From IMG/VR virus record IMGVR_UViG_3300045253_000079, positions 1 to 58,954 of that record: a stretch of 58,954 nt of DNA. One strand, written 5' to 3'. A program made the translations under genes and the position numbers. Shown here piece by piece: positions 25,322 through 32,495 of this stretch; position 1 is the stretch's first letter, and every line of letters begins with the position of its first letter. The DNA is from a virus. Its lineage: Duplodnaviria > Caudoviricetes. The notes beneath the pieces are model-generated. The model was not told the DNA's origin. It did not search any database and worked only from the letters and a program-made list of their open reading frames with translations.

Positions 25322-25711
25322 GTGAGCGACTTGAAGGCTGCAAGGCTGGCGTTGGTAGAAATATCCGCACTCTCCGCACAGTTTGCAAAAATGGTGCGGG
25401 ACCGCAGGCACGCTAAGTTGCCGCCTATTTCCGATTTTGAACTGGACGCGGCAGCATTCTTCAAGACGCACGGCCCCACCATCCTCCGCGCACTCGAACA
25501 GCGCGAAGGGTGGCAGCCGATTGAGAGCGCGCCGAGGGATGGGATGCCAATCTTGGTCTGTAGGTATGAGGGCGGAGTCGTGTGGTGGATTTGCGCATCT
25601 AAGTATCACAAACCAGTTGGGTTCTACGGACTACACGGCGATGCAATAGGAACGCCGACCCACTGGCAGCCACTCCCCGCAGCGCCCAACCCGGAGGGAT
25701 CGACGGAATGA
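25322..25711 (+). CDS. DUF551-like protein
   Basis: WQPIESAPRDG ... PTHWQPLPAAP. Confidence 0.75.
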   Translation: MSDLKAARLALVEISALSAQFAKMVRDRRHAKLPPISDFELDAAAFFKTHGPTILRALEQREGWQPIESAPRDGMPILVCRYEGGVVWWICASKYHKPVGFYGLHGDAIGTPTHWQPLPAAPNPEGSTE

Positions 25712-25860
25712 TGCTCAGGATCGTATCGCCGCATTTCGTTGCCGGGATCGTTCGCGGCGGACTTTGCGCGCCGATCATCGGCTACATGAGGGGATGGACG
25801 TTCGCGCAGATTCGAGACTACTGCGTCCGCAAGAACTGGACTGTTGAGGTGATGCCATGA
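25708..25860 (+). CDS. small hypothetical protein (50 aa, absent from the ORF track)
   Basis: ATGA coupling; MMLRIVSPHFVAGIV...APIIGYMRGW. Confidence 0.55.
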   Translation: MMLRIVSPHFVAGIVRGGLCAPIIGYMRGWTFAQIRDYCVRKNWTVEVMP

Positions 25861-25897
25861 CCGACGCCGAACTGCTGGACGCGCTTGCGGGGATGCT

Positions 25898-27796
25898 ATG
25901 AGCCTGATCACCATCGACTTTGAAAGTTTCTACGACTCCGACTTCGGATTCTCCAAGCTGACAACGGAGGAGTATGTCCGTGACCGTAGGTTCGAGGTCA
26001 TCGGTTTCTCGATCAAGGTCGATCGCGCGCCTGCCGTGTGGTACACAGGCGATCACGCGTACCTGCTGGGCGTGCTCCAAGGCTATAACCTCGAACAGCA
26101 TGCCGTGTGCATGCACAACGCGATGTTCGACGCGGCGATCCTGCACTGGATCTACGGCATCAAGCCAAAGCTGATCATGGACACGATGGCGATGGGTCGC
26201 GGGCTGGTCGGGCTCGACACCTCCTGCTCGCTCAAAAAGCTGGGTGAATACTTCAAGCTCGACCGTGCCAAGGGCACCGAGGTCGAGGACTTCAAAGGCT
26301 ACCGGCGCGGCATGTTCACCTCCGAGCAGCTCGCCCGCTACGGTGCGTACTGCTGCAACGATACCGAGATGACGTTCGACCTGCTGCAGATCCTGCTCCC
26401 GCACATGGTGCAGGGCGAGATGGAGCTGATCGACTGGACGGTGCGTTGTTTCACCGAGCCCAAGCTGGTGCTCGACGCCGACCTGATCGACGTGGAGTAC
26501 CGCGCGTTCATGGCGCGGCGCGACGGCCTGCTGCTCAAGTGCGGCATCAGCGACGTGAGCGTGCTGCGCAGTGACGACACGATGGCAGACTTCCTGCTGG
26601 CGCTGGGCATCGAGCCGCCCACGAAGTACTCCGTCGCGCAGGAGAAGATGGTGTGGGCGTTCGCGAAGTCCGACACGGAGTTCATGGACCTGCGCGAGCA
26701 CTCGGACGAGCGTGTCGTGGCACTGGTCGAGGCCCGGCTGGGCAGCAAGACCTCGCAGGTGCAGACGCGTCTGGAGCGGTTCCGCGGCATCGCCAGCCGC
26801 GGCCCACTGCCCGTGCCGCTGGTATATGCCGGCGCGACACCCACAAGGCGCTGGGCGGGCACCGACAACATCAACCTGCAGAACCTGCCGCGCGGTACGA
26901 AGGAAAACCCCAGCGCGCTGCGCCGTGCGATCAAGGCACCGCCGGGCAAAAAGATGGCGGCGCCCGACCTTTCACAGATCGAGCTGCGCGTGAACGCGTG
27001 GCAGTCAGGGCAGACCGACGTGCTGCACCTGCTGCGATCGGGGGGTGACAGTTACGCCGACATGGCCACCGCGGTGTTCGGCTACCCGGTCACGAAGAAA
27101 ACCCACGAGCTCGAACGGTTCATCGGCAAGTCGGCCGTGCTCGGCTGCGGGTACGGCTGCGCTGGCTTGAAGTTCCAGACCATGCTCAAGATCGGCGCAC
27201 GCCGCGAGGGCAAGACGTTGCAGGACGAGTCCCTGCCGTTCGCGCAGAACGTGGTCGACATCTACCGCGCGAAGAACTCGCAGATCAAGAACTTCTGGTA
27301 CACCGCCGACCGTGCGCTGGAGACGATCGCGCTAGGCGGGCGCTGCATGATAGGGCCGTACGAGGTCCGCGACCACAAGGTGTGGCTGCCGAACGGGAGC
27401 TACCTGTATTTCCCTAACCTTTCCTACCGGGAAAAGACCGGCAAGAACGAGCAGGGCTGCGAGTGGATGTACGAGCGGATCCGGTTCCGCAGCCGGGTGG
27501 CGACGAAGATCTACGGTGCCAAGCTGGTAGAGAACATCACCCAAGCCGTGGCCCGGCTGTTCATCACCGACGCCCTGCTGCGCCTGCAGACCGTGAAGTA
27601 CGCCGACGGGCGCCCGGTGTTCGACATCGTTATGTCCGTACACGACGAGCTGGGTGTACTCTGCGAGCAGGGACTGGACGACAAGTGGATCATGGAGGTC
27701 ATGAAGTGGGCGCTCACCACGCCGCCGGCATGGGCTCCGGACATCCCGCTGGACTTCGAGTGCAACATCGGCCAGTGCTATGCAGACTGCAAGTAG
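25898..27796 (+). CDS. polA: family A DNA polymerase with 3'-5' exonuclease
   Basis: Exo I IDFES, Exo II HNAMFD, Exo III YCCND; NLQNLP; motif A DLSQIELR; motif B RFIGKSAVLGCGYG; motif C VHDE. Confidence 0.93.
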   Translation: MSLITIDFESFYDSDFGFSKLTTEEYVRDRRFEVIGFSIKVDRAPAVWYTGDHAYLLGVLQGYNLEQHAVCMHNAMFDAAILHWIYGIKPKLIMDTMAMGRGLVGLDTSCSLKKLGEYFKLDRAKGTEVEDFKGYRRGMFTSEQLARYGAYCCNDTEMTFDLLQILLPHMVQGEMELIDWTVRCFTEPKLVLDADLIDVEYRAFMARRDGLLLKCGISDVSVLRSDDTMADFLLALGIEPPTKYSVAQEKMVWAFAKSDTEFMDLREHSDERVVALVEARLGSKTSQVQTRLERFRGIASRGPLPVPLVYAGATPTRRWAGTDNINLQNLPRGTKENPSALRRAIKAPPGKKMAAPDLSQIELRVNAWQSGQTDVLHLLRSGGDSYADMATAVFGYPVTKKTHELERFIGKSAVLGCGYGCAGLKFQTMLKIGARREGKTLQDESLPFAQNVVDIYRAKNSQIKNFWYTADRALETIALGGRCMIGPYEVRDHKVWLPNGSYLYFPNLSYREKTGKNEQGCEWMYERIRFRSRVATKIYGAKLVENITQAVARLFITDALLRLQTVKYADGRPVFDIVMSVHDELGVLCEQGLDDKWIMEVMKWALTTPPAWAPDIPLDFECNIGQCYADCK

Positions 27797-27798
27797 TA

Positions 27799-27807
27799 TG
27801 GTATAGT
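27799..27807 (+). promoter_or_regulatory. extended -10 promoter candidate
   Basis: TGGTATAGT ending 13 nt before the tRNA-like element. Confidence 0.45.
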
Positions 27808-27820
27808 TGTATGGAACTGA

Positions 27821-27898
27821 GGGGGCGCTGCTAGTAAGGTTTCTAGCATTGGAACTTAAAGTCCAGTCACTTAGCGGGTTCGATTTCCGTCGCCTCCA
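27821..27898 (+). tRNA. atypical tRNA-like gene (Ala-type G3:U70 acceptor, 8-nt anticodon loop)
   Basis: Acceptor GGGGGCG/CGCCTCC plus A; D stem GCTAG/CTAGC; anticodon stem TTGGA/TCCAG around ACTTAAAG; T arm GCGGG-TTCGATT-TCCGT. Confidence 0.7.
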
Positions 27899-27916
27899 TC
27901 ACCTTGAAGGGTAGTA

Positions 27917-28603
27917 ATGGCCACCAAGCCCATCGTTGCATGGTCCCACAGCGTCATCGAGATGTTTGAGAACTGCCCGCGCAAGTATTGGGCGGTGCGG
28001 ATCCAGAAGTGCGTGAGCGACGTGAACAACTTCAACCTCGGCGGCGACGTCGAGCACGATGCCCTGATGCACTACATGAAGCAGGGGCTGCCGCCGCCCG
28101 AACGGCTGCAGCCGCTGATCCCGCTGATGGACAAGATCCGGTCTGCGCCGGGCCAGCTGTACGTTGAGCACAAGATGACGCTCGACAACGACTTCATGCC
28201 CTGCGGCTTCAAGGACTGGGACCGTGCGTGGGTGCGTGGCGCGGCTGACGTGATCAACGTCAACGGCGACCACGCCAGCTACTTCGACTGGAAGTCGGGC
28301 AAGGCGAGCTACCCGAAGGAATCGCAGATCGAGTTGACCAGCCTGCTGATCTTCGCGCACTTCCCGCACGTACAGTCCGTGAGCGGCGGGCTGGTGTTCT
28401 ACCGGCACAACAAGATCCACCCGCTGGTGGTGCGCCGTGGTGAGGCGCCTCTGCTGTGGAACAAGTTCCTGACCACCGTGAAACAGATCGAGGAAGCGAT
28501 CCAGACCAAGACGTTCGAGCCGACGCCGAACCCGTTGTGTGGGTGGTGTCCCTACGCGAAGTGCCAGTTCAACACGAACAAGAACCTGCCGCCGCAGACA
28601 TGA
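27917..28603 (+). CDS. PD-(D/E)XK (Cas4/RecB-like) exonuclease
   Basis: WSHS...CPRKY, RGAADV, FDWKSGK, CGWCPY..C. Confidence 0.85.
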   Translation: MATKPIVAWSHSVIEMFENCPRKYWAVRIQKCVSDVNNFNLGGDVEHDALMHYMKQGLPPPERLQPLIPLMDKIRSAPGQLYVEHKMTLDNDFMPCGFKDWDRAWVRGAADVINVNGDHASYFDWKSGKASYPKESQIELTSLLIFAHFPHVQSVSGGLVFYRHNKIHPLVVRRGEAPLLWNKFLTTVKQIEEAIQTKTFEPTPNPLCGWCPYAKCQFNTNKNLPPQT

Positions 28604-28956
28604 CCAAGCCGCCCGAAGCGCAGTTCAAAAAGCACATCAAAAAGATGGTGCAGCTTGCGCTGATCGGGCGGCAGCTGCACTCGAAGCTGGTGTGGTCGGC
28701 AGGCTCGGCGTTCGGCGGTGCAGACACGCTGGACCTCACAGGTGTCATCGCCGGCCACCCGGTGGCTATCGAGGTCAAGCGGCCGGACGGTAAGGGCCAG
28801 CTCACGACGCGACAGAAACTGTGCCTGCGCGAGTTCCACGATGCAGGTGCGTTCGCGATGGTGATCGAGGACGATGTAACGCTACAGTTCTTTATTGATT
28901 GGATCGGCAACCTCAACCCACGTTCCTCCAACGTAGGACTTCCACAACTCACATGA
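28600..28956 (+). CDS. VRR-NUC domain nuclease
   Basis: PEAQF, DLTG, AIEVKRP.G.LT.RQ. Confidence 0.8.
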   Translation: MTKPPEAQFKKHIKKMVQLALIGRQLHSKLVWSAGSAFGGADTLDLTGVIAGHPVAIEVKRPDGKGQLTTRQKLCLREFHDAGAFAMVIEDDVTLQFFIDWIGNLNPRSSNVGLPQLT

Positions 28957-30518
28957 ACGGCATCACTCCGATCCCGTACCGCGAGCACCTGCTGATCCCG
29001 GCAGACAAGCGCCTGCTGACGCTGATCCCGCACGCCCAGACGCTCATGCACGAGGGTCGCGAGGTGATGATCGTGCCGCACAGGGTCGACGAGACGCAGG
29101 TCCTGCGTAACCTCGGCTACGACGTGCGCCCGCCGGTCATGCTGAACTACGACTGGTGCGGCTCGCGCCCGTTCGACACCCAGCGCGTGACCACCGCGCT
29201 GATTACCATGCACAAGCGGTGCTATGTCCTCAACGGCATCGGCACCGGCAAGACCCGCTCGCTGCTGTTCGCATTCGACTACCTCAAGCGCATGGGCGAG
29301 GTCACCAAGATGCTGGTGGTGGCGCCGCTCTCGACGCTGCGGCTGACGTGGCTGCGCGAGATCACCCTGATCTTCCCGCACCTCACCGCGCAGGTGCTGC
29401 ACTCCAGCGGCGGCAAGGCGAGCCGGCTCAAGGCACTGGCGAAGGACGCGGACATCTACATCATCAACCACGACGGCGTGGAGGTGATCCAGAAAGAACT
29501 GCTGGCACGTACCGACATCGACATGCTGGGCCTCGACGAGTGCTCGGCGTACAAAAACCGCACCACGGATCTGTGGAAGTCGATGCACGTGCTCAGCCGC
29601 GGCTACAAGCGCGTGGTAGGGCTCACCGCTACTCCGGTCACGACAGCGCCAACGGACGCCTTCGGCCAGCTCAAGATGATCACGCCGGGTAACTGCCCAC
29701 TCTCGTACACAGGCTTCCGCGACGAGACCATGCTCAAGCTCACCGCATTCAAGTGGGTGGCGCGCAAAAACGCGATGGAGACGATCCACAGGCGCATGCA
29801 GCCGGCGGTGCGCTTCACCCGCGACGAGTGCTACGACCTGCCGCCCTGCCAGACGGTGACCCGCACCGTGGCGCTCTCGCAGCAGCAGAAGTCGTACTAC
29901 ACCGAGATGGCGAACGAGTGTGCGATCGAGATCGCATCGGGCAACGTCAAGGCGGTCAACGAAGCCGATCGGATCAACAAGCTGGTGCAGATCGCGCTGG
30001 GTGTGGTGTACGACGTGAACCGGAACCCGATCCGGCTCGACTGCGCCAGCCGCTTGGCCGTGCTCAACGAGATGATCGCCGAGTCGAACTCCAAGACGAT
30101 CGTGTTCACGCCCTACAAGTCCTCGCTGGCCATGCTGCAGGACTTCCTGTCGAAACACTGGTCTGTAGAGGTGATTTCGGGCGACGTAGCAGCTGGCAAA
30201 CGTGAGCAGATCTTCACCCGGTTCATGCACGCGCCGGACCCGCACGTGCTGCTGGCGCACCCTGCCACGATGTCGCACGGATTGACCTTGACAGAAGCAT
30301 CCACAGTAGTATGGTATGGACCTCCGGGCTCTGCTGAGGAGTACCAGCAGGCGAACGGTCGCATCTCCCGCGCGGGTCAGCGCCATGCACAGTTGATCGT
30401 GCATCTGGCCGCTACCCGCATGGAGCAACGTATCTACACCCGCCTCGAAAAGAACATGTCCATGTCGGGCCTGCTGCTCGACATGTTCGAGGCCCAAGAA
30501 TTGAAGGAGTTGCTGTGA
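28953..30518 (+). CDS. SNF2-family (SF2) helicase
   Basis: GTGKT, DECS, LTATP, HGLTLT, QANGRISRAGQ. Confidence 0.9.
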   Translation: MNGITPIPYREHLLIPADKRLLTLIPHAQTLMHEGREVMIVPHRVDETQVLRNLGYDVRPPVMLNYDWCGSRPFDTQRVTTALITMHKRCYVLNGIGTGKTRSLLFAFDYLKRMGEVTKMLVVAPLSTLRLTWLREITLIFPHLTAQVLHSSGGKASRLKALAKDADIYIINHDGVEVIQKELLARTDIDMLGLDECSAYKNRTTDLWKSMHVLSRGYKRVVGLTATPVTTAPTDAFGQLKMITPGNCPLSYTGFRDETMLKLTAFKWVARKNAMETIHRRMQPAVRFTRDECYDLPPCQTVTRTVALSQQQKSYYTEMANECAIEIASGNVKAVNEADRINKLVQIALGVVYDVNRNPIRLDCASRLAVLNEMIAESNSKTIVFTPYKSSLAMLQDFLSKHWSVEVISGDVAAGKREQIFTRFMHAPDPHVLLAHPATMSHGLTLTEASTVVWYGPPGSAEEYQQANGRISRAGQRHAQLIVHLAATRMEQRIYTRLEKNMSMSGLLLDMFEAQELKELL

Positions 30519-30799
30519 GGGCTGACATCATCGCTGCAATCGAGAACCTGCCGCTCGACACGGCATTCATCGGCGCCATCGTCACCGGCAATCCGGGCGA
30601 TGGCAGGATCGAGGTCAACGTCATGGCGCCTCCGGGCTATCCGGAAATCCAAGAATTGGTGCAGCAGTTTGGGCGGGACCTGCTGCGCTTGCTCCTCCCC
30701 CCGCATTCCGACCTTCCTCCAAAGGACGACAACCATGAGCACTCCAGTACCAGCATTCTCAATGGGTCCGCCCCCGACGGCACTGGCACCACCCATTGA
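30515..30799 (+). CDS. hypothetical protein
   Basis: GTGA coupling after AAGGAG. Confidence 0.45.
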   Translation: MRADIIAAIENLPLDTAFIGAIVTGNPGDGRIEVNVMAPPGYPEIQELVQQFGRDLLRLLLPPHSDLPPKDDNHEHSSTSILNGSAPDGTGTTH

Positions 30800-31208
30800 A
30801 CCGGCGCACGTCGCGGCCACACTGAGCGGGTTCGACTTCAACGAACACGTCTCGAAGTATCGCCAGCTGCGCGATATGAAGGCCACCATCGCAGCGCGCC
30901 ACAAGGAAGAACTTGCGCCTTACAACGAGGCGCTCGACGCACTCGAACTGGCCATGCTCAATGCACTCACCGCGTCGGGCCAAGAGTCCACGCGCACCGC
31001 GAGTGGCACGGCCTACAAGTCCACCAAGAGCAGCTACACTGTGCAGGACGCCAGTGCGTTCCGCACATGGCTTGAAGTCAACGACCGATGGGACCTGTTG
31101 GAGACACGCGTCTCCAAAGAGGCTCTCGAATCGTTCGCCACGGAAGGCGGAACACTACCCCCCGGCATCGGCGTGTCCAGCGTCGTCACCGTCAACGTCC
31201 GCAAGTAA
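30735..31208 (+). CDS. conserved replication-module protein
   Basis: AAGGA SD; coiled N-terminus, RT.SGT.Y, DLLE.RVSK, LPPG motifs. Confidence 0.7.
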   Translation: MSTPVPAFSMGPPPTALAPPIEPAHVAATLSGFDFNEHVSKYRQLRDMKATIAARHKEELAPYNEALDALELAMLNALTASGQESTRTASGTAYKSTKSSYTVQDASAFRTWLEVNDRWDLLETRVSKEALESFATEGGTLPPGIGVSSVVTVNVRK

Positions 31209-31223
31209 CCTTCCGAGGATCCC

Positions 31224-32432
31224 ATGAACAATCTACCCATGAACCCCCTGACGGCTGCTATGCCGTCGATCTTCCAATCCCTGATGCAGGACATCGGCGA
31301 CGGCGACATGACCGAGGGCGTAGGCCCCCAGTACGCCGTGCTCTCGATCCGCGGCAAGGTGTTCCGCGTGAAGTACAACGGTGCCGAGGAGATCATCACG
31401 ATCGACCATCAGGGCCAGCGCTTCGCTGCGCCCGCGTTCGACGTGGTGATCCTCAACGCCAGCGCTGCACGCGCCAAGACGTACTACAAGAGCGGCTTCG
31501 TTGAGGGCGCTGCCGATGCACCCGACTGCTGGTCCGAGGATGGCGTGACTCCGCTCGCGCCGCTGGCGAATCGGCCGCTGGTGGAAGGTCGTCCATGTCT
31601 GGACTGCAGGCTGTGCCCGATGAACGCATTCGGTTCCAAGCCGAAAGGTCCCAACGACGTCGAGGCGAGCAACGCGAAGGCGTGTGCGGATACCCGCAAG
31701 ATCGCGATCGTGCCGCTCGATGACAACCAGAACGTCGACGTGGGCAACGCGCGCTTTGGCGGACCCATGCTGCTGCGCATCCCGGCCGACTCGCTCAAGA
31801 CGCTGGCCGAGTACAGCAAGAAACTCCAGAACGTCGGCTACCCGTACTGCGCGATCGTCACCCGCATCACGTTCGACCAGCAGGTGGCGTACCCGAAGCT
31901 CGCGTTCCAAGCGGTGCGTGCGGTGACCGAGGCCGAGGCGGCGCAGATCCTCGCCGCGCGCAACCAGCCGAACGTGCTGGAGATCCTGCACGGTGCGCAC
32001 AGCTCGGCGCCACAGACCCAGCCGCAGCTGGCGGGTCCGTCGCCGATCCCGATGGACGCGGTACAGCAGCAGCCCGTGCTGGCTGCTCCGGTGAACGTGC
32101 CGGCGAATACGATCCCGCAGGCTGTTCCGCTCGCGCCCCCCGCGCCGGCCACCGCTGCGCCGTTCGTGCCGCCCGCTGCACCCGCGCCACAGACGTTCGT
32201 GGCGCCCCAGCAGCCCGCTCCGCAGACGTTCGTGCCGCCGGCCGCCCCCTCGGTCCCGACGGCTCCTGCGCCCGCTCCTGCGTTCTCCGTGCCCGCTGCG
32301 GCGGCGCCCGTCACGGCTGCACCGTTCGTGCCGCCCGCCACCGTCCTGCCGACCCAGTCAGCCGCCGTTCCGGTGAACGTTAGCGCCGACCTGCTCTCGC
32401 GCGTCGATAGCCTGCTCGGTCGTCCGGGTTAA
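31224..32432 (+). CDS. putative ssDNA-binding/annealing protein with Pro/Ala-rich repeat tail
   Basis: PDCWSEDG, C..CP.N.FGS, KAC, LLRIP..SL motifs; repeated FVPPA units; lies between helicase and primase. Confidence 0.6.
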   Translation: MNNLPMNPLTAAMPSIFQSLMQDIGDGDMTEGVGPQYAVLSIRGKVFRVKYNGAEEIITIDHQGQRFAAPAFDVVILNASAARAKTYYKSGFVEGAADAPDCWSEDGVTPLAPLANRPLVEGRPCLDCRLCPMNAFGSKPKGPNDVEASNAKACADTRKIAIVPLDDNQNVDVGNARFGGPMLLRIPADSLKTLAEYSKKLQNVGYPYCAIVTRITFDQQVAYPKLAFQAVRAVTEAEAAQILAARNQPNVLEILHGAHSSAPQTQPQLAGPSPIPMDAVQQQPVLAAPVNVPANTIPQAVPLAPPAPATAAPFVPPAAPAPQTFVAPQQPAPQTFVPPAAPSVPTAPAPAPAFSVPAAAAPVTAAPFVPPATVLPTQSAAVPVNVSADLLSRVDSLLGRPG

Positions 32433-32495
32433 CCGGCAAGCAACGTAGCAAGGGGTCTGCAGCCGCAGGCCCCCACGTTGTTGCCGGGGCGTGTG

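Noticed and set aside
27821-27898. tmRNA
   Set aside because: It has an Ala-type acceptor but is only 78 nt, with a D stem and anticodon arm and no tag reading frame.
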